Source: an uncultured Gammaproteobacteria bacterium
GTDB taxonomy: Bacteria; Pseudomonadota; Gammaproteobacteria; Steroidobacterales; Steroidobacteraceae
Assembly: GCA_963789375.1 (NCBI GenBank)
Contig: CAWBKN010000007.1
Span: 36,188 to 100,187 of the forward strand
Length of the DNA: 64,000 bases
Direction: 5' to 3'
This document shows, one piece after another, positions 36,682 through 48,122 of the stretch. A program made the translations under genes and the position numbers. The stretch's first letter is position 1, and each line of letters begins with the position of its first letter. The notes below the pieces were generated by a model. That model did not search any database, was not told where the DNA came from, and saw nothing but the letters and a program-made list of their open reading frames with translations.

Positions 36682-37159
36682 CTCCTCTCAGCCGCTGCGT
36701 GATGCGAGCCGCCGGGCCGCGGATCAACAGGTACGGAAGGGGCCGCCCGGGCGCGCGAGCAGGTCCGCCCACAAGCGAGACAACAATTCCTGGAGTTCAG
36801 CCATGCGTCTTCCTGACGCGCTCCCCGGGCAGGCGGGGCTGCGACGCGATCGCTGCATCGCGCGCCAGACTGCCAAGCGGACCTGCCGGGCTCATTGCCC
36901 CTTCCTTCCGGCATCGAGGCTGGGCGCACCACGAATCGGCGCGTCGTCCACCCTATCGATAACACGGTAGCCCTGGCCGGGCAGGCCTTGCATCCGGGCT
37001 ATAGGAGTCGCGGCTAGGTATAAAAACACAATACGAACGCACGCTCGATTGCGCATTCAAGTCGGGGCGCGGATCCGTGCCGGCGGTTCCTAGGTAGCAA
37101 TACGGTGGCGAAGAACTGATCGCTGCATTTCACTAGGGGCCGCTTCAATTCCGGCCGCG

Positions 37160-38461
37160 GTGCAACGAATCGTGAGCGCATCGGCTCCGCCCCCCGCCCA
37201 GGGTCTCGACAAGTACAGCGCCCCGCAATGGCTCGGGGCGCGCGCCAATCGGCGCTTTCACGTGATGGCCAAGCCGGCCGGCTCGGCCTGCAACCTCGAC
37301 TGCGGCTACTGCTTCTACCTGAGCAAGCAGTCCCTGCCCGGGGGCCCTGGCGGCGGCCACATGTCGGATGCAACCCTCGAGCGGTTCGTCCGGGATTACA
37401 TCGAGAGCGTCACCGCCGACGAGGTCGTGTTCTCGTGGCAAGGCGGCGAGCCGACGCTGATGGGTATCGGGTTCTTCGAGAAGGTCGTCGCGCTGCAGAA
37501 GAAGCACGCCCGCGCGGGCCAGCGGATCGAGAACGACCTGCAGACCAACGGCACCCTGCTCGACGACGACTGGGCGCGCTTCCTCAAGGCGCACCGCTTC
37601 CTGGTGGGCCTCAGCGTCGACGGTCCGCGCGAGATCCACGACCACTTCCGCGTGACCAAGCGCGGCGAACCGACGTTCGATGCCGTCTGCAACGCGGCGC
37701 ACGCGCTCAGGAAGTTCGGCGTTCGTTACAACACGCTGACGTGCGTCCATCGCTACAACGCATCGCGGCCGCTCGATGTGTACCGGTTCCTGCGGCGCGA
37801 ACTGGGCTCGACCTACCTGCAGTTCATTCCGATCGTCGAGATCAAGGGCTTCGAGAACATCGCCCCGCAGGAGTGGGATCCGGCGTCGTTGCCCCTGCTC
37901 GGCGACCCACGGTGCCACCCGGACCACCCGGACTCCGTGGTGACGCCCTGGTCCGTCGTGGCCGAAGAATACGGCTCCTTCCTCTGCAAGATCTGGGACG
38001 AATGGCAGGCTCGCGACGTGGGCAAGGTGCTGGTCAACCTGTGCGAGACGCTGGTCGTGCAGCACATGGGGTTGCCGTCGCAGGTCTGCGTGCACAGCGA
38101 GTTCTGCGGCAAGGGCGTCGCGCTGGAGCACGGCGGCGACGCGTACAGTTGCGACCACTACGTCTACCCGGAATACCGGCTCGGCAACGTGCGTGACCAG
38201 TCGCTCGGCGACATGGTGTTCTCGCGGAACCAGGTGAAGTTCGGCTATGCGAAATCGGAGACGCTGCCGGCGTATTGCAGGCAGTGCGAGTTCCTGGGCG
38301 ACTGCTGGGGCGAGTGCCCGAAGAATCGCCTGTTACGCACGCCGGACGGCGAGCCGGGGCTGAACTACCTCTGCCCGGGCCTCAAGCGCTTCTTCTCGCA
38401 CGCCGTGCCGACGGCGAGGCGCATGGCGGCTCGGCTGCAGGCCAGGCAGACGCCTGCTTGA
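37160..38461 (+). CDS. Anaerobic sulfatase-maturating enzyme (radical SAM/SPASM)
   Basis: ..FHVMAKPAGSACNLDCGYCFYLSK (CX3CX2C), SWQGGEPTL, C-terminal SPASM Cys clusters ..CVHSEFCGKG..YSCDHYVY..CRQCEFLGDCWGECPKNR. GTG at 37160 or ATG at 37265 as start. Confidence 0.88.
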   Translation: MQRIVSASAPPPAQGLDKYSAPQWLGARANRRFHVMAKPAGSACNLDCGYCFYLSKQSLPGGPGGGHMSDATLERFVRDYIESVTADEVVFSWQGGEPTLMGIGFFEKVVALQKKHARAGQRIENDLQTNGTLLDDDWARFLKAHRFLVGLSVDGPREIHDHFRVTKRGEPTFDAVCNAAHALRKFGVRYNTLTCVHRYNASRPLDVYRFLRRELGSTYLQFIPIVEIKGFENIAPQEWDPASLPLLGDPRCHPDHPDSVVTPWSVVAEEYGSFLCKIWDEWQARDVGKVLVNLCETLVVQHMGLPSQVCVHSEFCGKGVALEHGGDAYSCDHYVYPEYRLGNVRDQSLGDMVFSRNQVKFGYAKSETLPAYCRQCEFLGDCWGECPKNRLLRTPDGEPGLNYLCPGLKRFFSHAVPTARRMAARLQARQTPA

Positions 38462-38503
38462 ATCGCACCGCCGGGGGGTCCACCCGGCGGTTGCCCTGCA
38501 CTG

Positions 38504-41500
38504 TCACCGGTCGTCGTGGCTCAGGACCGCATCCGGCAGGTTGATGCCATGGTCGACGATGGTGAGATCGAGGCTGGCAAGCTCGCCGGCACTCCTGCCC
38601 ACGTTCTCACGCACGCCGGGCAGATCCGTCTCGACGCGGTCGCCGTCCCGGAAGTCGCTGGACACCAGGCTCAATGCGCTGGCGACAGCATCCGTGGCCG
38701 CATTCGACTGTGGCATGGTAATGACCAGCGCGCCGTCCACGAACGTGATCGTGTAGTTGCCGGCGGTCAGGCCCTGCGGGGTGATGACGTACTCGCCGAT
38801 GTCGATCGCGCCCTGGCTCGTGCCGCCGTAACCCAGCGTCCCGCCCAGCACCGTCTCGGTCTCGCCGTTGACGAAACCGCTGTAGCTCACGCCGTTGCCG
38901 CCGACGTACGCCTGGCCGTCGTAGGTCCGCTCGTCGTCGTTGGCGGTCACGGTCAGCGGCGCCGGAGTGATCGTCAGCACGCCATCCGCGTACGTGATGT
39001 CGTAGTTCCCCGCCCTCCCCGTACTGAACGTCTGCGCACTCGGCGTCAGCGGAGCAGCCGCACCCGCCGGCCGTCGTGGCAACCGCAGTAGACGATAGCG
39101 TCGCCGTGCCGAGCGCGTCGCCCGCAGCCAGCGTGCCGGTCGTCACCGTCACGGCACCGGAGGTCGGGTTCGCCCCGCCGTAGCTGCGCGCCGCGTCGTT
39201 CGCCCGCACGGTGATCGGGCGCTGGCTGATGGTCAGCGCACCGTTCGCGAAGGTGATGTCGTAGTTACCTGCCGTCAACCCCTGGGGGGTAATGACGTAG
39301 CTGCCGGCATCCGTCGCGCCCTGGCTCGAACCGCCGTACGACAGCGTTCCGCCCAGCACGGCGCTGGTCTCGCCATTGACGAAGCCGCTGTACGTGACGC
39401 CGTTGCCACCCGCGTAAGGCGAACCGTCGAACATCCGCGAGAAGTCGCTCGCCGTCACGGTGAGCGGCGCCTGGCCGATGACCAGCGCACCGTTGACGAA
39501 GGTGATGGCATAGTTGCCCGCGGTCAAGCCTTGCGGCGTGATCGCGTAGGTGCCCGCATTCACGGCGCCCTGGCTCGAACCGCCGTACGACAACGCGCCA
39601 CCCAGCACGGCACTCGTCTCGCCATTCATGAAGCCGGTGTACGTCACGCCGTTGCCGCCGCTGTAGGCCGCCCCGTCGTATGTCCGGCTGTCCCCATTCG
39701 CGATCACGCTGAGCGGCGCCTGCGTGATCGTCAGCGTGCCGTTCGCGTAGGTGATCGCATAGTTGCCCGCCGACCCCGTGGTGAACGTCTGCGCGCTCGG
39801 CGCGAGCGGCGCAGTCTGCCCCGCCGCCGCCGTGGCGGTAGCGGTCGAACTGAGCGACGCAGTGCCGAGTGCATCGTTGTTGGCCAGCGTGCCGCCCGTG
39901 AGCGTCACCGTGCCGCTCGTCGGGTTGGCATAGCCGTAGTACCGGCTGCGATCGTTAGCCTGCACCGTGATCGGACGCTGCGTGATGGTCAGCGTGCCGT
40001 TCGCATACGTGACCGCATAGTTGCCGGCCAGTCCGCTGGTGAAGGTCTGCGCGCTCGGAGTGAGCGGAGCCGCCGTCCCGGCTGCCGTCGTCGAAGTGGC
40101 CGTCGAGGACACCGCCGCCGTGCCGAGCGCGTCGGTCCCGACCAGCGTGCCGGCCGTGAGCGCCACCGCGCCCGTGGTCGGGTTCGCGTTGCCGTACACG
40201 CGACTCTGGTTGGCAGCGGTCACCGTGATCGGCCGCGGGCTGATGACCAGCGCGCCGTTCGTGAAGGTGATCGCGTAGTTACCCGCCGTGAGACCCTGCG
40301 GCGTGATGACGAACGTGCCCGCATTGGTCGCACCCTGGCTCGTGCCCGCATAGGACAGCGCGCCACCGAGCACCGCACTCGTCTCGCCGTTGACGAATCC
40401 GCTGTAGGCGACGCCGTTGCCGCCGCTGTAGGCCGTGCCGTCGAACGTCCGCGCAGCGTTGTTCGCGGTGACCGTGAGCGGCGCCTGGGTGATGGTCAGC
40501 GTGCCATTCGCATACGACACGCTGTAATTCCCCGCCAGGCCGCTGGTGAATGTCTGCGCGCTCGGGGTGAGCGGAGCCGCCGTTCCCGCCGCCGTCGTCG
40601 CCGTGGCCGTCGAGGACACGGTCGCCGTGCCGAGCGCATCCGTCCCGACGAGGTTGCCGGTCGTCACGGTGACGCCGCCCGGGTCGGATTCGCGCCGCCG
40701 TACGCACGGCTCTGGTTGTTCGCCGTGACCGTGATCGCCCGCGGGCCGATGGTCAGCGCGCCGTTGGCGTAGCTGATCGTATAGTTGCCCGCGGTCAGAC
40801 CCTGCGGCGTGATGACGTAGGCAGCCCGCATTCACGGCGCCCTGGCTCGTGCCGGTGTAGGCCAGCGAGCCGCCGAGCACCGAGCTGGTCTCGCCGTTGA
40901 CGAAACCACTGTAGGCCACGCCGTTGCCACCGCTGTAAGCCGTGGCATCGTAGGTCCGCGCGTAGTCGTTCGCGGTCACCGTGAGCGGCGCCCGCGTGAT
41001 GCTCAACGCGCCGTTCGCGTAGCTGATGGCGTAGTTGCCCGCCGTCAGCCCCTGCGGCGTGATGACGTAGGAGCCGACGTTCGTCGCGCCCTGGCTCGTG
41101 CCTGCATACGACAGCGAGCCGCCGAGCACCGAGCTGGTCTCGCCGTTGACGAACCCGCTGTAGGTCACGCCGTTGCCACCGCTGTAGGCGAGCCCGTTGT
41201 ACATCCGCGCTGAAGTCGCTCGCCGTCACCGTCAGCGGCGCCTTGCCGATGGTCAGCTGGCCGTTCACGAAGTTGATCGCGTAGTTCTGGGCCGTCAGCC
41301 CCTGCGGGGTGATGGCGTAAGCGCCGGCATTCGTCGCGCCCTGGCTGGACCCGCCGTACGTCAGGAGCCCCGCCCAGGACCGAGCTCGTCTCGCCATGCA
41401 CGAAGCCGCTGTAGATGACCCCGTTGCCGCCGCTGTAGGCGAGTCCGTTGTAGGTCCGCGTGAAGTCGTTCGCCGTCACGTTCAGCGGGGCCGCCGTGAT

Positions 41501-44500
41501 CCGGCCCACGCTGCCCGTGATCGTCGACGGCAGGCTGTAGTTCGAGAGGTCCGTCGTGCCGGTCGGCGAGTAATCGCTCGGCGTGAGCGACACCGTGACC
41601 TGCTTGTTGTCGCCGACGTTCGGATTGTCGTAGGTGCCGACGGTCTCGGTGACCGTCGCGCCGTCGCTGCCCACCCAGCCGGTCAGCAGGTAATTGCCCG
41701 GCACGAGGGTCGCGAGCGTGGTGCCGTCGTAGACCCGGCTGATCGAGCCCGCAAGGTTGCCCGTGACCACCACCAGCGGCCGCGACGAGATCGTGAGCAC
41801 GCCGTTGACGAACGACAGCATGTAGTTGCTGCTGGTCAGGCCACCGGGGACGATCGTGTACGCCCCGACCGCCGCCGCGCCCTGGCTCGTGCCGCCGTAG
41901 GTCAGCGTGCCGCCGAGCACCGCACTGGTCTCGCTGTTGACGAACCCGCTGTAGGTGACGCCGTTGCCGCCGCTGTAGGCGGTACCGTCGTAGACGCGGG
42001 TGAAATCGTTCGCCGTCACAGTGAGTGGCGCCTTGCCGATGGTCAGCGCGCCCGGCTGGAAGCTGATCTCGTAGTTCGCCGCCGTGAGCCCCTGCGGCAC
42101 GATCTGGTACGCACCGGCGTTGGTCGCGCCCTGGGCCGAGCCGCCATAGGACAGCGCGCCGCCGAGCACGGCGGTGCTTTCGCCGTTGACGAAGCCCGTG
42201 TAGGTGACGCCGTTGCCGCCGCTGTACGCGAGCCCGTTGTACATCCGACTGAATGCGTTGGCCTGGACCGTGAGCGGCGCCTGCAGGATATCCAGGCCGC
42301 CGTTCAGGAACGTGATCGCGTAGTTGGTCGACGTCAGGCCCGAAGGCGTAATGACGTACGGCCCCGCATTGATCGCGCCCTGGCTGGTGCCGCCGTAGGC
42401 CAGCGTGCCGCCCAGCACCGAGGCCGTCTCGCTATTGACGAATCCAGTGTAGGTGACGCCGTTGCCGCCGCTGTAGGCAAGGCCGTTGTACGTCCGCATG
42501 AAGTCGCTGGCCTTGATGGTCAGCGGCGCCTGCGTGATGTTCAGCGCCCCGTTGGCGAAGCTCAGCGCGTAGTTGCCCGACGTGAGCCCGGAAGGCGTGA
42601 TGACGTACGAACCGACGTTCTTCGCGCCCTGGCTCGTGCCGCCGTAGGCCAGCGTGCCGCCCAGCACCGCGCTGGTCTCGCTGTTGACGAACCCGCTGTA
42701 GGTGACGCCGTTGCCGCCGCTGTAGGCCAGCCCGGTGTAAAGCCGGCTGAAATCGCTGGCCGTGACGGTGAGGGGCGCCTTGCGAGATCGTCAACGCGCC
42801 GTTCACGAAGCTGATGGCATAGTTGCCAGACGTCAGCCCGGCGGGGTGATGACGTACGAACCTGCGTTCTTCGCGCCCTGGCTCGTACCGCCGTACGCCA
42901 GCGACCCGCCGAGCACGGCACTCGTCTCGCTGTTGACGAACCCGCTGTAGGTGACGCCGTTGCCGCCGCTGTAGGCGAGCCCGTTGTACATCCGGCTGAA
43001 GTCGTTCGCCGTGATGCTCAAAGGCGCCTGCGAGATGTTCAGCGCGCCATTGGCAAACGCTGATCGCATAGTTGCTCGAGGTCAGCCCGGACGGCGTGAT
43101 GAGGTAGGAACCCACGTTCTTCGCGCCCTGGCTGGTGCCGCCGTACGCCAGCGACCCGCCGAGCACGGCACTCGTCTCGCTGTTGACGAACCCGCTGTAG
43201 GTGACGCCGTTGCCGCCGCTGTAGGCGAGGCCCGTTGTAGGGGCGACTGAAGCCGCTGGCCGTCACGGTGAGCGGCGCCGGCGTGATCGTCAGAGGGCCG
43301 TTCGCGAAGCTGATCGCGTAGTTGCTCGAGGTGAGCCCCGACGGCACGATAACGTACGAGCCCGCATTGATCGCGCCCTGGCTCGTGCCGCCGTAGGCCA
43401 GCGTAGCCGCCCAGCACGGCACTCGTCTCGCTGTTGACGAAGCCGCTGTAGGTGACGCCGTTGCCGCCACTGTAGGCGAGGCCCGTGTAGGCCCGGCTGA
43501 AGGCGCTGGCCGTGATGGTCAGTGGCGCCTGCGTGATGCTGCCGATGTTGCCGGAGAGGCTCGTGGGCAGGCTGTAGTTCAGCAGGTCGGTCGTGCCCGT
43601 GGGCGTGTAGTCGCTGCGCGTCAGCGCCACCGTCACCAGCAGGTTGCTGCCGACATTGGCCTGCGAGTAGGTGCCGACGGTCTCCGTGACCGTCGCGCCG
43701 TCGCTGCCCACCCAGCCGGTGAGCTGGTAGTTGGCCGGGGTCAGCGTGGCGACGGTCGTGCCGGTGTAGGGGCGCGTGACGGAGCCGACGAGGCTGCCCG
43801 AGATGAGCGTGAGCGGTCGCTCGACGATCGAGAGCACGCCGTTCACGAACGCGATCTGGTAGTTACCGCTGGTCAGGCCGCCCGGGATGATCGTGTAGTC
43901 GCCGACGTTGATCGCGCCCTGGCTGGTGCCGCTGTAGGTGAGCGTGCCACCGAGCACCGAACTGGTCTCGCTGTTGACGAACCCGTTGTAGATGACGCCA
44001 TTGCCGCCGCTGTAGGGGACTGCGTCGTACTGCTTGGTGTCATTGTTGGCGGTGACGGAGAGCGGCGCCTTGGTGATCGACCCCACCGCCGCAGTCAGCG
44101 GCGTGACACGGTAGCCATAGACCGGCCTCGTGCCGTTCGTGACGTTATACGAGTTGGCGCCCGACACCGTGATGCTCTTGCCGGTGCCGACGTCCTTCGT
44201 GTCGTACAGGCCCGTGCTCGCGGCGTTCACATGGATGGTGTCCCCATCGATCGCGCCGCCGACGGAAGTGTAGTTGCTCGCCAGCAGGTTCGCCGTCCGC
44301 GTGCCGTCGTACTGCTTGGCGACCGTGCCGGTCAGGGTCGCCGTCACGGTCGGCGCTCGCGTGTAGATGAGGCCGTTGCCCGTGCCGAGGATCGTGCCGC
44401 CGTAGGCCGTGTCGTATTGCTTGAAGTCGTAGACGAGCCCGCCTCGCGTGTCGAGGTCGGGATTCGTCGAGTAGACGCGCCAGTACCCGCCGCCCGACAC

Positions 44501-47500
44501 GGCGAACGCGTCGGAACCGCGGTAGTTGCGGAAGACGTTCTCGGTGACGAGTGTGATGTCGTGGCCACTCGTCGCGGAGATCACGTCCTGTACGGTGATG
44601 CCGTAGTTGAGGGCGGTGACGAACCTGCCCTTTATTGCGGAACACCACATCCGCGTTGAACGTGTAGCCGGTGCCGGGACCGGCGCCATCGCCGAACACG
44701 ATCTCGCCCGTGCCGTCGGCCCGGCCGATGACGATGGTCTGGAAGCCGGGCTGGATCCGGTCGAGCTCGCTCGCCTGCAACAGCAGCTCACCGGCCGCAT
44801 TCATCACCCCAATGGAACTCGCCGGGTCGAAAGGCGCGAACTGGATCGTGCCGGAGCCACTGAGGTTGCCCTGCGGCGTAGAAGTTGTTGGTGAGATACG
44901 CCTGGTTCGTGGCATTCACGCCGAACATGTAGATGCCGGAGCACTGACCTGCAGCGACGTCAGCGGCGTCAGGCGCCGACCGGGTCGTAGATGCCGACGG
45001 CTGCGTTGGTTGCCCGCACGTCAGGTTCCTGGCGCCGTCGACGCCGCCGATCAGGGCGACGCCTTCGCCACCCTGGATCGTCAGGTCGTTGGCCAGGGTC
45101 ATCGGCCCATTGAGCGAAACGGCGGTGCCCGATCCTGCGAGAATGTCGTAACCGAGCGTAATTCCTGACCCCTGGACGGCGAACCCGAGGCCGGCAGCCC
45201 CGCCGCTCCACGCGCCGGTCTGGGTGACCACGCCATCGGCGTATACGGACAGCGAGTTGGCCAGGTTCTGTGCGCCGAGGGTGATCGCCGTACCCGGCGT
45301 GCCGCCGGTGGTGTCGAGATTCAGGGTCCCGGTGACGCGGTTCGCGGCCAGCGTGATGTCGGCATTCGGCTGGTGGAGATCGAGAGCGGTGACCGGGTTG
45401 ACCAGCGTCAACGCGGCCGTGGTCGAAGCGTTCGTCACGACGACTGACGCCGTCGACGGCGCCGTGATCGTCACCCCGTTCAGCAGGTTGCCGCTGGCGC
45501 TCCAGCGTGACGTCGCCGCCGGCGATGAGCGTAGTGTTCTTGGTTGTTGTCGGTCAGTTCGAGCCAGCCTGTCCTGGGTCGAGCCATCCACCCGACGTGA
45601 CGCTAGAGCGTGCCGGTCAGCAGCTCTGGATCGGCCGATAGCCCGAGCGGAGCGACGTCCTCGAGGTCGCTGCCGTAAAGTCGATCGATGACGTCGCGCA
45701 CCACCGGCCGCGGCACGGCAGCCTGATGACGACGCATCGCCCGTGTAGGGCTGCCAGGTTCAGGTCGCGGCCGTCGTACCACGTCACCGCGCGCAGGCTG
45801 TTGCCTGGGTTGTTCAGCAGGATGTCGCCCACGCCCGCCGTCGCCGTCAGCCGACGTCTGCCCGCGACGTCTCAGTGCGCCGGTCTGCGTGATGTTGCCC
45901 TCCGACCGCAGGTCGAGGCAGTTGACGCAGCTGCTCAGGGTCTGCGCACCGAGGCTGATCGAGTTGTCCGTGACCGTGCCGCCCGTAACGTCGAGGAACA
46001 TGGTCGCTGCGTGGCGACGTTATTCCCCAGCACGATGCTGGCGTTACGCTGGGTCAGGGCCAGGTCCGTGACGGCATTGGCCAGCGTCAGCGACGCGTTG
46101 GTCGATTCGTTGACGACTTCGACGGTGGCGGTCGACGGCGCCGTGAGCGAAACGGCGTTGAGCCGGTTGCCCGCGGTATTGACGAAGACGTTGCCGCCCG
46201 CGACGAGCGTGGTGTTCTTGCTCGGATCGCTCAGCTGGAATGGATTGCTGCTCTGGGCGATGCTGCCGCCGGACGTCAGCGACAGGTTGCCCTGGAGCGC
46301 GAACGCGCTGTAATACGACGACGGCGAGCTGATGGTCAGGCCCGGCGCGTTCGGATAAGCGATGCTGACGTTACCGAGCTGGCTGGTGCCGCCCGTCGGA
46401 AGAGTGACAAAGCCGCCGTTGGCGTCGGCGTACGTGCTGTAGATGCTGACGTTGTAGACGCCCCCGTCGACATACACCCGCTGCAGGTTGTTGCCGGTAT
46501 TGCCGAGCAGGACGTCCCCCGTCCCGCTGATGTCGATGCTGGTGATGCCGTACGCACCCCCGACGACGGTGATCGGCGCGGTCTGCGTGACGTTGCCGCC
46601 CGCAGTCAGGCTCATCCTGCCAGGGTTGCCGATCACGGACGCGTTGAATGCGATGTTGCGACTCGCGTACAGGTTCAGCGTGGCATTGTTCACCCAGCTG
46701 ACGGTGTTGTTGACGAGAACGTCACGACCCGCTCTCCAGCCGTTCGTCGCGGTGCCGGTCCAGCCGACGGTACCGTTGACCGAGATGTCGCGATAGGCGT
46801 TCAACGCCAGCGCGTTGTTGCTGCTCCAGCTGACGCTGTCGTTGATGAAGATGTCGCCGTTGCCGCCGGTTCCGCCGGCGGTCGTCTGGATGATGACGTT
46901 GCCCGACCCGAGGTTGGTGCTGAGCTGTGCGCCGGTGATGTCGCCGCCGCTCGGCGCGATGATGTAGTCGTTCGGGATCGATCAGCCAGGTGCCGGTCGT
47001 GCCGCCCGGTGCCAGCGTCGTGACGACCGCGCCGTCCGCCACGTTCACGTGCGGCCGCCGAGGTCTCGATGAAGCCGCCGTCGCCGCCGTTGGGCGCGCT
47101 GGCATCCAGCGTGCCGCCCACGTTGACCGTGCCGGTCTGCCATGTCGCCGAGCAGCCGGATCGTGCCGTTACGGTTCTCGACGGTCTGCGCCTCGATCAC
47201 GCCCGTGTTGTTCACGACCGTGTTGAGCAGTTCGCCCGCGGCCTGCGCGGTCATCAGCACCTGCCCGCCGTCGGCCTGGATCAGGCCGCCGTTCTCGACC
47301 AGCGCATTCACCGCGCCCTGGTCGACCGTGACGTTGAGCAGGCCGTCGCCGGCGACGTCGAGCGTGATCGCATCGCCCGCGGCGAGCGCCACAGTGCCGA
47401 AGCGCGCGCTGATCATGCCCTCGTTGCTGACGTTCGCGCCCAGCAGCGCGACATAGCCGCCGTCGGCGCCTGATCGAGCCCTGGTTGAGCACGCTGCCGC

Positions 47501-48061
47501 TGCCGCCACCGGCAGACGAGAAGGAATAGCGGCCCGCCATGAAGTCGGCGTCGCTGAGGTCGAGGGTGGAAGCGACCAGCCCGCCCACGTTCACCTGCGC
47601 GCCCTTGCCGAACAGGACGCCGTTCGGGTTGACAGGAACACCTTGCCGTTGGCCGACAGGCTGCCGAAGATGCTCGAGGGATCCGCGCCCAGCACCCGGT
47701 TGAGCGCCACCGAGCTGCTGTCGGGCTGCACGAACGGTGACGACCTCGCCCGGCCGATGCTGAAGCTCTGCCAGTTGATCGCGACGTTCTGGCTCGACTG
47801 GTTGATGGTCGGTTGCCGGCGCCGCGTCGCGATGCTGGCGCTGCCGGCGGACACCACGCCGCCCGTCGGCAACTCGGCCTGCGCACCGGCGCCGAACAGG
47901 AGCAGGCAGCCCGCGAACGCGGGCCCGGCGATGCGCGCTTGCCGCCGCCACACGACCGGTCCTCGGCGAGGACCTCTTGCCGGCCCTCTTGCGTGATCTC
48001 GGAGACTGCGACGAACGTGTTGCGCTTGTCACACCAGATCGATCCGATACGTGTGGTTCAT
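38504..48061 (-). pseudogene. Giant two-partner-secretion exoprotein (TpsA; filamentous-haemagglutinin family adhesin with >20 MBG/YDG-type repeats); about 20 or more frame breaks
   Basis: ESPR-like start MNHTYRI/IWCDKRNTFVAVSEITQEG. Signal ..AGCLLLFGAGAQA. TPS domain AINWQSFSIG..ALNRVLGADPSSIFGSLSANGKVFL..VNPNGVLFGKGAQVNVGGLVASTL. Beta-helix region 44.1-47.5 kb. Then repeats of YDGTAYSGGNGVTYSGFVNGETSAVLGGTLSYGGTSQGATNAGSYVITPQGLTAGNYAITF.NGALTI. Confidence 0.85.
38700..44100 (-). repeat. Tandem ~250-bp (about 83-aa) coding repeats inside tpsA
   Basis: The near-identical 30-mer GTAGGTGACGCCGTTGCCGCC(G/A)CTGTAGGC recurs at about 42447, 42697, 42946, 43198 and 43449, and in diverged form throughout. 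Protein-level repeats are listed above. Confidence 0.85.
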
Positions 48062-48122
48062 GGCGGTTCCTGAAATCGGTGGTCGTGTTCCCCGCTGCGT
48101 CTGTCGTCCTTCGGTCCGTCAC

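Noticed and set aside
36803-36970. A 55-codon ORF with a GGAG RBS in the sulfatase/anSME intergenic region.
   Set aside because: The translation (MRLPDALPGQAGLRRDRCIARQTAKRTCRAHCPFLPASRLGAPRIGASSTLSITR) has no recognisable features. It cannot be supported from sequence alone.
38462-39100. A CdiA-CT toxin tip and cdiI immunity gene at the 3' end of tpsA.
   Set aside because: There is no VENN/pretoxin motif in the last ~200 residues. Only 42 bp separate the tpsA stop from the convergent anSME stop, so there is no room for an immunity ORF.
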